64,000 bases of DNA from Nitrosopumilus sp. (GCA_965218695.1 OZ244651.1:2304001-2368000), one strand, 5' to 3'. Positions 28,789-39,349 are shown, counted from the stretch's first letter. Translations and numbers: made by a program. The notes: generated by a model from the letters alone, not told the origin.

Positions 28789-30220
28789 TGTGGGATCCCG
28801 AAAGTAGTTCGCCCCCCTCCAAGACTTGGAGGTACTTCCATGTTTGATGTTGCCGGCTGTTGCATAATTGTCTTGTGTTGGATCCTGCGTCCGGAATCAT
28901 GAATTTTTGTCATTTCCACTCCACGCATGGCGACTTTCAAAAAATTGTGCGCAACATCCCCCAGGATGGGGCGCGGTTGTGACGTCGTGCCGGACAGCTA
29001 TTCTGCGCGGTATTCCTCACCGGTCTGGCCGTCCACTACCATCTCTCCTGCAGGGGGCATCTTTCTTTCGAATGCCTGCGCCGGGGTCTCGAGGTTGTCC
29101 CAGTCAAGGGACATGTGCGGCCGGTCGTGGTTGTACCACTCCATGAACCGCTCCACGGGATCCTTTGCTGGCGCGGTGCAAAACGGCCCTCCAACGTGGG
29201 AATCCCCTGAGGCGCCGCGCCTGGTCTTGGCAGAAGATGCCGCCTCGAACCGGCGCAGCTTGCGCTGCATCTCCCCGTGCAGGCGCTCCAGCTTGCCGTT
29301 GGTTTGGGGGTGCCGCACGCGCGCCAGTATGTGCCTGATTCCAAGCTCGACTAGCCTCTGCTCGAACCTGGAGGCTCCCTTCTTCTTGACCTCGGATTCC
29401 GTGGCATAGAACTGGGCGCCGCGGTCAGTCAGGATCGATGCGGGCTTGCCGTAATTTTTTATGGCCTCGTCGAGCACCTTCAGGGCGTTTTCGGTTGTCG
29501 CCTCCTCAAATACCCCAAATCCGGTCACGAAGCGCGAGGCGTCGTCTTCATAGCACAGGAACCACCTGCCGTCGTCAAGCTGTTTGTAGTCTGTGTGCCA
29601 CATCGAGTTGGAGTGCTCGCGCTCGTAGCGGATCCACTTGCGGCGCTGGCTCTTCCTTGGCTGGGTGTCTGCAAAATCGGCATCCTTCAATATCCTGTGC
29701 AGGACGTTGTGTGGGATATGTATTCCTGTAAGCGACTTTATGATGCGCTCCAGGGACGCTGCCCCGTGGACTGCAGTGGACGCAGCCGATAAAACCGCCG
29801 AATGATCCCGCCTCCCGGGCGCGCACTTTTTGGGCCTGCCCATGGGAGCAGGATACGCGATCCGATCCTTGTCCCTGTACCTCTTCCACAGCTTTTGGAC
29901 CCAGCGGACCGACACTCCCATGCTTGCTGCAATCTCTTTGTTGCGGGAATTCTTGCGCTTTTCTTGTATGATCCATTCGACTTTGGACTGGTCAAGCTTT
30001 TTCATCACTCGCACTCTCCGTCTTCCTATATGACGCCACACGGCCGAGCGTCTCCACCGACGGGAAACCCACACACCGTCGTTTCTGGTAAGGGACAGGC
30101 TGACTGCATTTCCCAGTAATCTTGCACGCGATGCCATGCCGCGGATAATGTCCTTCATTGGGCATGTCCACCCCGGGCCGGAGCCTCATGTGGGGGGTGA
30201 ACAACTTTCGGGACTATACA
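28789..30220 (-). mobile_element. IS481-family element copy 3
   Basis: Same 1432 bp, inverted; TSD CTGGACTAGATGGCA (28774-28788 / 30221-30235). Confidence 0.93.
28998..30005 (-). CDS. IS481-family transposase
   Basis: Protein identical to copies 1 and 2. Confidence 0.9.
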   Translation of the reverse strand: MKKLDQSKVEWIIQEKRKNSRNKEIAASMGVSVRWVQKLWKRYRDKDRIAYPAPMGRPKKCAPGRRDHSAVLSAASTAVHGAASLERIIKSLTGIHIPHNVLHRILKDADFADTQPRKSQRRKWIRYEREHSNSMWHTDYKQLDDGRWFLCYEDDASRFVTGFGVFEEATTENALKVLDEAIKNYGKPASILTDRGAQFYATESEVKKKGASRFEQRLVELGIRHILARVRHPQTNGKLERLHGEMQRKLRRFEAASSAKTRRGASGDSHVGGPFCTAPAKDPVERFMEWYNHDRPHMSLDWDNLETPAQAFERKMPPAGEMVVDGQTGEEYRAE

Positions 30221-30247
30221 CTGGACTAGATGGCAAACAAGAGTTAA

Positions 30248-30433
30248 ATGAAACATTGCGCATTCCTGAACAGAGTCAAGGGAATGAAACGTGAAAAGGG
30301 GATTCCAAGCAAGGATGATCCAAGCAAGGATTATCCAAAGAAGAAGAAAACGCCGGGAAAGTTTTGGAAGATCTACGGGGCTGTTTTTGTCATAGGAGCC
30401 GTAATTTTCTTCCTGTTGGGCTGGGTACTGTAA
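30248..30433 (+). CDS. Possible small tail-anchored membrane protein
   Basis: Basic N-terminus plus one C-terminal TM segment. Confidence 0.35.
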   Translation: MKHCAFLNRVKGMKREKGIPSKDDPSKDYPKKKKTPGKFWKIYGAVFVIGAVIFFLLGWVL

Positions 30434-30757
30434 ATTGGAAGAACGCGCATGGCAGTAATTCGTAAAATCGGCTGACCTGATATGGCGGCCTGCAGGATCC
30501 CAACGGGGTTTGGCCGTCGAACACAACATGGAACATGAATCATGCGTCCATCACCCCTGATCAAAATGCCACAGTTGGATGCAGATGCCGTACACAGCCT
30601 ATCTTGACACGTTTCGCGCGTGTCTGACAATAACGAGAAATCCCGGTAGCATGTGATTGGTCCTGTCCGGGTGGTGGTGGTGGTGCTGCTGCCATGCACG
30701 ACTAGCCCGTTTTTACCGGCAAAATAATTTTTTAAATACTAAACGTGGGTACCTTCT

Positions 30758-31630
30758 TTGGGATTGGAATATGACATTTTGAAGAGGCAGGAGGATGTTG
30801 ATGTCTTATGGAGCGGCACGGTGAAGATGAGTCAAAGCTTTGTTGATTGCATGTCTGAGCCAGTTGTGCGGGACGATCTGAAAATTTATACAATCTCTGA
30901 CCACATATTTGGCAGGGGGGACAACGCCCAGCTTGACAATCCCGGATTAGCCAAGGATTTTCCAAACGAGGTAACAGTAGTTCTCAAGGGGAATAAGATC
31001 ATGGAGGTCATGAGATGCTCCGTGTTCACAAGACAGGAATACTTTGAATCGGGCGGAGGATTCATGCTAAAATCTGTTAAAAGAAGAAGAACAGTCATCA
31101 AGGGGTTCTTCTTGGAACCGTCAACGCATGCGGGCGTATCAGAGCATGCGTACCTGTCCGTATTCCAGTTTGATAACAAGAACTCAGGCAACCAGATAGC
31201 CATCCAATTTGACTCAGTAGAGTCAAAACCATCCCTGGTTGTAGAAAAATTAGGCTGCGTTGCCCTTGCCTCGGGTTCCCAAGGAACCAACATCACCTTC
31301 TCAAAGGATCCCCACAAATCTGTGACTATTTTCTATGTGGCAACAGACCAAAAACCATTCATTGCAAAACTGGAGACACACCAGGGCAAAAGTAAGACTA
31401 TTTGTAGAAGCGATGGAGCCAAAACAAAGGAGATCGAGATCCTAGATCCCACACAAAACATGAGTCCAGAGATGTATCAGTCGGTGTATGCGTCTGCGCT
31501 TGAGGAGCCGCTGAAAATCCTCAACACCAGGCTTGCCAAGGGAGAGATTACGATTTATGAGTATGAAAACCTTCGAAAAGTAATGGAGACCAAAGCAGGT
31601 CAGGTATCATCCACCAATTGGTGGGTATAG
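30758..31630 (+). CDS. Hypothetical protein with C-terminal SHOCT domain
   Basis: EPLKILNTRLAKGEITIYEYENLRK. Confidence 0.7.
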   Translation: MGLEYDILKRQEDVDVLWSGTVKMSQSFVDCMSEPVVRDDLKIYTISDHIFGRGDNAQLDNPGLAKDFPNEVTVVLKGNKIMEVMRCSVFTRQEYFESGGGFMLKSVKRRRTVIKGFFLEPSTHAGVSEHAYLSVFQFDNKNSGNQIAIQFDSVESKPSLVVEKLGCVALASGSQGTNITFSKDPHKSVTIFYVATDQKPFIAKLETHQGKSKTICRSDGAKTKEIEILDPTQNMSPEMYQSVYASALEEPLKILNTRLAKGEITIYEYENLRKVMETKAGQVSSTNWWV

Positions 31631-31741
31631 ATGACCAAAATATTCCCAACCAGGGCATGAAATAATTCAGACTGCAGTTTTTCCAATTTGCAATGGTGTC
31701 TTAATAAAAAAATGTGTGTTTTAAAAAAAAAGAAGGGTGGG

Positions 31742-33088
31742 CTAGGTTGCTGGAACCTTGTACCATGGTTTTCTTGGCATCAGGCCCCACTTTACAATCA
31801 GCGCAGTGGCAACGAAGTAGACTGTGATCCCGATGGGTACTGTCCAGCCCGGATCGTTTGTCCCGGGAAGTACTCCCAGGGCAGGTTCAACTCCGTAGAC
31901 AAATATCAGGCCGGCCATCAGGGGTGCCATTGCAACAAAGAAGATCATAAGAGACCATGTGTCTCTGATTGCTCTTACCAAATCTTTGTATGTCCCATGT
32001 GGTTTTTTCCATTTGTCAGGTCCAAGCCAGGACTGCATTCCACCGGCATACCAATACACCATGCCCTGCAATAACATCGCGCCGATAATATTACCCAACG
32101 TTACTGGAACAAGGTTTTTGAGCCATGCTTCTCCCCATGTGTAGTCTGCACCAGCCCATACTCCGGCGGACAGAGCAAAGTGGTTTACTATACTGTGCTC
32201 AAATCCTGTAGCAAAGAATATTGATACAGGAATTCCGATCAGGATGATCTTGGCGATGACTTCTTGGGTTCTAAATGCGCCCCATACTCCCATGCCAATC
32301 ATCCAATTGGCAAAGATGCCTCTGTAGAATAATTGGTCCCATTCAAGTACGTTGACTTTGGTATTGCCAATGCCTGCCAGCATATTCATCAGTGCGGAGC
32401 CTGAGGCTCCTGCCTGGTCTGCGCCAATAATTATCATCCACGAGATTGTGAATCCGGCTATCCAATGCCCCGAGTGGGTAATTGTCCATTGCCACAACAC
32501 TTCTCGCCATTTGGCTTGACCAGTCATCAGTGATATTCCAGAGGTCATGTAATCTCCGGTTACAAGATTGGATCCGTAAATAACTACAAGAGCCAAGGCG
32601 GAGAAACCGAACACCCCAAACATCAGGAATTTTCCGAGTCCAGGAGATAGATCTGGCGCGACTGTAGACATTATCATCCATGCGAAAAACGCCGCAAAGG
32701 CAAGATAACTCATTGATTGCCAGCCCATGAGAATTCCTTGTGCAGGATTTACCTTGGTCTTGGCAACCCCGATATTACTTAGCGTCTTTATTGTGTCTGG
32801 GACGCCAAACAATCCGGCCATGATACGTGGTGGTGGTGGTGGTACTTCTTCAGAAGGTGCTGTGGATGTCGAAACTCCCGGCGAACTAGAGCCGGCAGAA
32901 TTTGTTACGGGTGGTGGTGCCGCTGTACTCTGTGGTGGGGGTGCTACCGTACTCGAAGAGACGGGTGCTACCGTACTCGAAGAGATGGGTGCTCCCATAC
33001 TTGAAGAGAGAGGCGTCACCGTGGCATTTTGCAGTTCAGGATTAGGCAAAGAACTATATGTATCTGCGATATCGTCAGCTATGTTCAT
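31742..33088 (-). CDS. Formate/nitrite transporter (FNT) family, candidate cyanate channel
   Basis: GSNLVTGD, RGIFANWMI, FFATGFEHSIVN, NLVPVTLGNIIGA; near cynS. Confidence 0.85.
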   Translation of the reverse strand: MNIADDIADTYSSLPNPELQNATVTPLSSSMGAPISSSTVAPVSSSTVAPPPQSTAAPPPVTNSAGSSSPGVSTSTAPSEEVPPPPPRIMAGLFGVPDTIKTLSNIGVAKTKVNPAQGILMGWQSMSYLAFAAFFAWMIMSTVAPDLSPGLGKFLMFGVFGFSALALVVIYGSNLVTGDYMTSGISLMTGQAKWREVLWQWTITHSGHWIAGFTISWMIIIGADQAGASGSALMNMLAGIGNTKVNVLEWDQLFYRGIFANWMIGMGVWGAFRTQEVIAKIILIGIPVSIFFATGFEHSIVNHFALSAGVWAGADYTWGEAWLKNLVPVTLGNIIGAMLLQGMVYWYAGGMQSWLGPDKWKKPHGTYKDLVRAIRDTWSLMIFFVAMAPLMAGLIFVYGVEPALGVLPGTNDPGWTVPIGITVYFVATALIVKWGLMPRKPWYKVPAT

Positions 33089-33549
33089 TCCTTTAACACC
33101 TGCTCTATAGTAAATAAGCATTGGATTATTGGATTAACTTATAATAGAACTAACGCATCGGACAAAATGAATACATTTTATTCCCATTCATCTATGCCAG
33201 CGACGAAAAATTCATGTTAATGGCCCATGGCTGCTTAATCTGGAAACTCTTGGGTAAATTATGACGTGCGTCTAATTGCTAGGACGAAAATTCCAAGATA
33301 TTTGATGCCATGGACAAACGAGGTGCTGTGCATGACACACGCTGGATGTGTGCCGGATGTAGCTTGATGTTGTCCTGGACGGTTTGGTACAGGAAATTTC
33401 AACGGCCAGGTTTGATTTTACATAGTGTGTGTCTAGCGAACGCCTAGCGAATCATGCGGGTGTTCCCCAAGGCAGATAACGGCAATCAGACGGACGGACG
33501 GACTGGAGGAGGCATGATGCCCGGAAAGCGTATGCCGTTCTTAGGACGC

Positions 33550-34536
33550 TCAGGTCCGGATTATGCTTTTAAAAAACATCGAGCCGCAGCAGCGATAAAA
33601 GATCAGCGCAGAAAGGACTGAAACCGTGATAATGGCAAAAGAACCCATTGGAAACTCAGGGATCACCTCTGTACCCACAATCTCCACGAGTTTCTCATCT
33701 GCTAGGTCGTTGACTATCAGGCGGGTGTTTGTCTGATTAGATACCACCAGATAGAACGGTTTTTGCTTGCCGTCTGCAAAAACAGTGTACGAGCCGCTCA
33801 GAAGTTCGTTAGGAATGGTCACGTGTATGAATGACGAGCTTGCGCCCAACCGTGGAAAATTCGAAGAATCCAGCAATATCACAATTTTTTTTTCTTCAAG
33901 GACAAAATCCGCCTCCGTGTTGTCTGAGTCATAAAAGGTTTCAATCAAAAACACACGATCGTCTACTGTGATTTGATGCTCATTATGATAAAATACGTCC
34001 AGCGCTCCCCAGCAGAACGGGTCAAGGGTGCATTCTGCCACTACCTGGCCCATGTCGCCGTTGCTTCGTCCCTCGGTGGCTGTCCTAAACGTCCAGTCCC
34101 CGAATGTCCCAGAATCCGTTCCGTCAGGAAACCGCTGCCAAGTTTTGTCATTTGCAAGCCCGTCACCTACTCCCTCGATGACATCCAAACTCTGCACTCC
34201 ATCAAATAATGTAATGGTGATGTTCTGTATGTTGCTAGGATACTGTATGGAATCTTCTTCCATGAACACCACGTGATGATCCCCCGAACCGAGTGCATCG
34301 CCATCTAAAAAGGGGATCAGGATAGTCTGGACAGCGTCACCATCACGGATTTGCAGCTCAAGATTTTCCAAGGATGCCGGAAGGTCGGTCGGATTATACA
34401 GCTCAACCCATTGAGGCTCCCCCACAACCGGTTCAAACTCAATTTCGTTGACAATTATATCTCCGAGAGCCTCGGCTGTTGCCAGTGGCATTAGGAACAA
34501 GACTGATGCCAGTAGCAGAAATTGATTAGCAGCCAA
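33550..34536 (-). CDS. Surface protein with lamin-tail domain and PEF-CTERM sorting signal
   Basis: Signal peptide, IIVNEIEF..QWVELYNPT, WQRFPDG, VIPEFP followed by TM segment. Confidence 0.8.
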   Translation of the reverse strand: MAANQFLLLASVLFLMPLATAEALGDIIVNEIEFEPVVGEPQWVELYNPTDLPASLENLELQIRDGDAVQTILIPFLDGDALGSGDHHVVFMEEDSIQYPSNIQNITITLFDGVQSLDVIEGVGDGLANDKTWQRFPDGTDSGTFGDWTFRTATEGRSNGDMGQVVAECTLDPFCWGALDVFYHNEHQITVDDRVFLIETFYDSDNTEADFVLEEKKIVILLDSSNFPRLGASSSFIHVTIPNELLSGSYTVFADGKQKPFYLVVSNQTNTRLIVNDLADEKLVEIVGTEVIPEFPMGSFAIITVSVLSALIFYRCCGSMFFKSIIRT

Positions 34537-34956
34537 CTGTTCTTGAATGCATCATGCTGGTTAATTGCTTTTTCGGAGGCAATGCCAGGAAAGCATGAGT
34601 CATGCTTTGAGATTACCCGACGTCGGGTAATTTTCTCCAGCCGGAATGTCATGCCCAGCCGTCTCTGCAGAATGCTCAAACCAATCATGATCAAAGCCAT
34701 GCGCGTGGTCACCTGCAAGCCAGCACCCCAGACTCGGCGTCATTATCCGGGTTCACAGGCGCAATCCGGTCATTTATGCGGTTTCTGATACCAAGCAGCC
34801 GGATGTCCCGAAACGCTGTCAGGCATACGGAATTACTGAATCAGCAGGGGCTCCAGGGTTATGCGGACAGCAGTATAACAGGCGACTGCAAAAAACAATA
34901 TTTAAGGATTCATGGTTATTGAACAGATATGAAAGCTGTCTGTTATGATCCGTATA

Positions 34957-35514
34957 ATGACTGACTTCAAAGTATCAGATGAAACAATAACGGCCGCAAA
35001 GCTGGCCATGAGAGAGAAAGGATTTTCATACACGGGAACGGCTCCAGGGACTACGTCGCTGTCGGCGCTGATAAGCAAAAATCCGGTATTCGTTGCCGGG
35101 TTTATCAACGGGACACACTACCCAAGTGCAGCCGATAGGCAAACACTTTGTGATGCCCTTGGCCTGTCGGCAGAGCAAAAAGCCGAGTATGACCGTCCAC
35201 CAGTAAGAAAATTCACGACAATGCCAAATGATCCCTTCAACTATAGACTGGTAGAGGTGCTTGCAAACTATGCAGACCCTGTGAGGGAGATTATTGCTGA
35301 ACTCTTCGCAACGTTCTCACTGCCAGGCGATGCGCCAGGACGCGGAACGGACGGAATCATGAGTGCGATAGACTTTAGCTACCACATCATGAGGCGCTCA
35401 GAAGGCAACACACTACCGGAAATTACTCTCCAAGAGGCAACTCCACAGATCAATGAAAGAGTCACAATCATCATGGATGGTAAGTGGCTTAACTTCAAGG
35501 CATTCGTAGAGTAG
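34957..35514 (+). CDS. cynS: Cyanate hydratase (cyanase)
   Basis: PNDPFNYRLVEV, DGIMSAIDF, ERVTIIMDGKWL. Confidence 0.9.
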   Translation: MTDFKVSDETITAAKLAMREKGFSYTGTAPGTTSLSALISKNPVFVAGFINGTHYPSAADRQTLCDALGLSAEQKAEYDRPPVRKFTTMPNDPFNYRLVEVLANYADPVREIIAELFATFSLPGDAPGRGTDGIMSAIDFSYHIMRRSEGNTLPEITLQEATPQINERVTIIMDGKWLNFKAFVE

Positions 35515-35521
35515 CATCCAC

Positions 35522-35537
35522 TTTTTTTTTATTTTTG
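35522..35537 (+). terminator. Archaeal oligo-T terminator after cynS
   Basis: T10-A-T5 tract just after the stop codon. Confidence 0.55.
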
Positions 35538-35617
35538 TATCCAGTCAAGAGACTCGCGTGATCTTATCCAGAATGCAGAAAATCAGGTCTTCTGGCACGC
35601 ATGGCCGGCTTTAAGAA

Positions 35618-37411
35618 TCAATCCTTCTCGTCCTCTAGAGCCGCGGCCCCCCGATCATACGCATTCATGATATTTGACACGGACACTGTTCCCACTACAA
35701 TATTCTTCTTTCCTGTAACAGGCAATTCCGTTGTTTCCAAGTCCGATATTTTCTTAATTGCATCGTACAACGTGGCCTCGACCCCGACTGTCGGCATGGC
35801 TTCGGTTGCAGGGATCACCTCTGAGAGGCTTGCATCGCGTCTGTCCAGTTTCGTCAGGCTGTCCGAGTCCATAAAACCGACGTATCTGCTATCAGCACCG
35901 AGTATTACGATGCCTGCAGATTTGGAGTTCTTTAGAATATCAATCGCCTCATCTACAGTCCCGTCATGACGTATCTGGCTGAAATCGTGATTTATTGCAT
36001 CCATGACTGAGAGTTTCTTTAGCAGGGCACGGTATTCATTCATATGTGCCGGAGATTCTGCTCTGTCCCTTACCTGGCTTGCGTATAGGGTGGTCTTCAG
36101 ACCGATCAGGCCGTAAGAGATTACAGAGGCAAGAATCATGGCCGGCAGCAGCACATAGCCTCCCGTCATTTCGCTGCCCATTATTATAGTCGAGATCGGA
36201 GCCTTGGAGACGGCCCCAAAGAATGCAACCATACCGACAATGGCTATCGCCGAAACTTGGAGGTCTGTAAACAGGGAAAGCGAGTGAAATATCTCTCCCA
36301 CTACGGCACCCACAAACCCCCCTATCACCAGGCTAGGTCCAAAGACACCCGCACTCCCGCCGGTTCCTATCGTCAAGGAGGTGGCCAGAATCTTAAGAAA
36401 CAAGATGGCCAGCAGAATCCAGATTGGGAAGAGCCTTACGTCATCAAACACTCCTACCTGCAGCCACCCGTATCCTCCACCCAGAATCTGGGGAAGAAAC
36501 ATGCCAATAATTCCGACCAGCACCCCCCCTATGGCGGGTTTAACGAACTTTGGAATGCTCCATTGTTGGAAGATGTGCTGAATTTTATAAAAAATGAACA
36601 CGTACATCCTGCCTATTCCCGCACAGCAGACTCCAAGGATAGCATACAGTATGAAATGCACGGGCTGGTTAACGTCGGGGGCGGATTCAGATACTTCAAA
36701 AATTGGGGACCATCCAAAGATGGAGCCAAATATTAGAAACCCGGTTACAGATGCAATCAGCGCCGGAAGCAGGGCCTTGACTTCAAAGTCCCGGCGGTAA
36801 AAAATCTCCGTGCTCAAGATGGCCGCACCCAGCGGAGCCTTGAACATGCTTCCGACTCCAGCTCCAAGCCCTGCGGCCACTGCAATTCTTTGATCATCGG
36901 TGCGCAGTTTGAGCAGCCTGCCAAGGATTGAGCCAAAGCCAGCTCCAATTTGGGCGGCCGGCCCCTCGCGCCCCCCGCTCCCGCCGGTGCCTATGGTTAT
37001 CGAGGCAGTAATGGTCTTTAGCAACGGGATTCTGGAACGGATCGTCCCCTTTTTGTTGTGGAAGGCATCTATTACAGCCTCAGTCCCGTGTCCGGCAGAC
37101 TCCGGGGCAAACCTGCTTGTGAGCAGTCCCACTATAAGACCGCCGCCCCCGGTGATCAGGGGAATCATCCACGGCCTCTCAGCGACGGCCGTGTATGATG
37201 TGCTAATCACCTCAAAATTTGGATGTACATAGCCTGCTCCAAATCCCAGAAAAAACAATGTCGAGACTTGAAGCATGAGAAAAAACGCCACGGAGCCAAA
37301 GCCTGCAACAACTCCTATCAGCGTCCCTATGACTATCCATTTTTGCAGATAGGAAAATCCAAAAAAATCCAGACTTTTTGCATGATGCAGACTTGGAAAA
37401 AAATCTTTCAT
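35618..37411 (-). CDS. ClC chloride channel/antiporter with CBS domains
   Basis: GHGTE, GSGGREGP, GVFGP, C-terminal CBS pair. Confidence 0.92.
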   Translation of the reverse strand: MKDFFPSLHHAKSLDFFGFSYLQKWIVIGTLIGVVAGFGSVAFFLMLQVSTLFFLGFGAGYVHPNFEVISTSYTAVAERPWMIPLITGGGGLIVGLLTSRFAPESAGHGTEAVIDAFHNKKGTIRSRIPLLKTITASITIGTGGSGGREGPAAQIGAGFGSILGRLLKLRTDDQRIAVAAGLGAGVGSMFKAPLGAAILSTEIFYRRDFEVKALLPALIASVTGFLIFGSIFGWSPIFEVSESAPDVNQPVHFILYAILGVCCAGIGRMYVFIFYKIQHIFQQWSIPKFVKPAIGGVLVGIIGMFLPQILGGGYGWLQVGVFDDVRLFPIWILLAILFLKILATSLTIGTGGSAGVFGPSLVIGGFVGAVVGEIFHSLSLFTDLQVSAIAIVGMVAFFGAVSKAPISTIIMGSEMTGGYVLLPAMILASVISYGLIGLKTTLYASQVRDRAESPAHMNEYRALLKKLSVMDAINHDFSQIRHDGTVDEAIDILKNSKSAGIVILGADSRYVGFMDSDSLTKLDRRDASLSEVIPATEAMPTVGVEATLYDAIKKISDLETTELPVTGKKNIVVGTVSVSNIMNAYDRGAAALEDEKD

Positions 37412-37704
37412 GGCTAACGATACATGAGAACCTTTTTCCTTAAAAATGGTTAGTGCAGAAACGCAGTTATCTACATTTAAGATTTATCTACACGTGCGAT
37501 TTTGAGTGGGCCTTGCGCAGTCCGAAGAAAGGTTCCGGCCAGGTTGCGTATCCATAAAGAACCAAAAGGCACAGTTTCGGCCGAGCCCTCTCCATGCAGT
37601 ATCATTCGGATGCGGTGCGTGGTTGTCACCGCGACAGTCCTTCAGGAAGGGGTTGTGACGCCACAAGACGCTTGGGCTTGCCACTTACGTACCGGTTACC
37701 AAAA

Positions 37705-38586
37705 TTACATCCTTCTTTTTAGTTCATTGGATGATTTAAGACACTCGTCAATCATGGAATGAATTTGAATCCTGTACGTCATCAGGGCACTTACAAGATG
37801 GACTCGCTCCTTATTGCTCAAGGTGGTGTTTGCCTCGTCAATCAGGCCATCTATATTTGCCAGTGACATTCTAAAAACAATCAGGGATTTTTTGAACAGT
37901 TTTATCTTTTTTGCGATAGCCTTGTTTGCAGGAGATGGCACATAATCAACCGGTTCCTGTACCTGTCGGTATTTCTTAGAGATGGCCATGTCCCTGACGT
38001 CTCGTACAGTCAGGCCCTCGTTAATGATCGCATCCTTCATAATCTTCTGATCCTCCTCATTCAGATTGACTAGTTCCATCGCATGGGAGAGGCCCAGGTT
38101 CTTTTGCGAGATCTCGTCTATGATCTCTTTGGGCAGCCGGAGCATCTGAATTCTGCCTGAGACGTACTGTTCGCTTTTTGAGATGACCGTGGCTAAGTGG
38201 CTGACTCCGCCCCAGCCGTAATCCAGGATGTATTTTTTAAACGATTCTGCCTCTTCGACGGGATCTAGCCTCTCCCTTTGTATGTTCTCCACCAGCTGAA
38301 TCTCAAATGCGACCTTGTCAGACAGTATTCGTATTATGCATGGGATCTTTTTCCATCGAAGAATCTTGCATGCCCGCAATCTTCTGTGCCCGGCCACAAC
38401 TTCAAAACCGGAATTTACCGGCCTGACTGTTATCGGCTGAATAAGCCCGTATTCCTTGACGCTCAGGACAAGTTCCCGCATCGACTGGTTCTGTTGTGAA
38501 GACAAACCCTCAGTACGGACCGGTAGCGGTGTACAGCATATGCTTCGTACATCAATCTGCTCAGCTATCCCCTCCTCCGTAATCAT
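37705..38586 (-). CDS. ParB/Spo0J-like protein
   Basis: GLIQPITVR, VVAGHRRLRA, ENIQRERL, HTH. Confidence 0.88.
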   Translation of the reverse strand: MITEEGIAEQIDVRSICCTPLPVRTEGLSSQQNQSMRELVLSVKEYGLIQPITVRPVNSGFEVVAGHRRLRACKILRWKKIPCIIRILSDKVAFEIQLVENIQRERLDPVEEAESFKKYILDYGWGGVSHLATVISKSEQYVSGRIQMLRLPKEIIDEISQKNLGLSHAMELVNLNEEDQKIMKDAIINEGLTVRDVRDMAISKKYRQVQEPVDYVPSPANKAIAKKIKLFKKSLIVFRMSLANIDGLIDEANTTLSNKERVHLVSALMTYRIQIHSMIDECLKSSNELKRRM

Positions 38587-38610
38587 AGCACATACACTGA
38601 TTTCTATTAT

Positions 38611-38976
38611 TTAACCGTGATCGGGAAGGCATAAATCCGAGAAGTAGTCCAGAACGCTCAGGACATCCTTCCAGGCTGCCTTTTCATCCATTCCTATCAT
38701 GATGCTGGTTTCACCGGCATTGATGAGGATGGTTTTCATGTAGTCTTGCTCCATCAGAATGAACTTTATGTTCTCAAACGTTAGCATGCTGATGGACGAG
38801 GACAGCCGTCTGAACTGCTCCCGAGTTTCGGCACTGGCAACCCCTACGGATTTGTGCGCATTATGATAGACCAGATCCCCGAACAGGTTGATCACTGCAA
38901 CGGTGCGTATGTGGCCATTCAGAGAGACAGCCTCATTGAACATCTGCGAATAAAAAACTGTCCTCTGAGACGGCAT
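38611..38976 (-). CDS. Hypothetical protein (roadblock-like fold possible)
   Basis: 121-aa ORF co-oriented with parB-like gene. Confidence 0.55.
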   Translation of the reverse strand: MPSQRTVFYSQMFNEAVSLNGHIRTVAVINLFGDLVYHNAHKSVGVASAETREQFRRLSSSISMLTFENIKFILMEQDYMKTILINAGETSIMIGMDEKAAWKDVLSVLDYFSDLCLPDHG

Positions 38977-39033
38977 TGTTATTGTAACGTCGTACTACCA
39001 TATATAGCATTTTCCGAATTAGTATGATATCTA

Positions 39034-39320
39034 GTAATATTTGAATTAATTTGTTTCTGGATTGCCATTTAAGAAACATTTATTTCTTTTAGGTGCACTT
39101 TTTAAGGGAATTCCTTCGTGTATAGAGATGTTTTTTGTGCATCTATTACGGATTCAAAGTTTTCCTGTCGTGTGATTTGTGGCATGAACAGAATCAGGCC
39201 CATTGACCAGGGTCAGGTCAAATGCCACATACTTGTCTATGGCGTCTCCAGACAGAGTTCGGAAAGGGTCGCTCTCCATGTCTGCCACCCTTGTCGGGAA
39301 AAATCTTGACGCTGAACCAG
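39034..39320 (-). pseudogene. Decayed 3' fragment of the Lrp/AsnC gene at 27294-27917
   Basis: VADMESDPFRTLSGDAIDKYVAFDLT vs VANMESDSFRTLFGDIIDKYMAFDLT; DNA similarity continues past the stop. Confidence 0.85.
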
Positions 39321-39349
39321 GCATGCGGCGTATTCTCATGCAGACGCCT

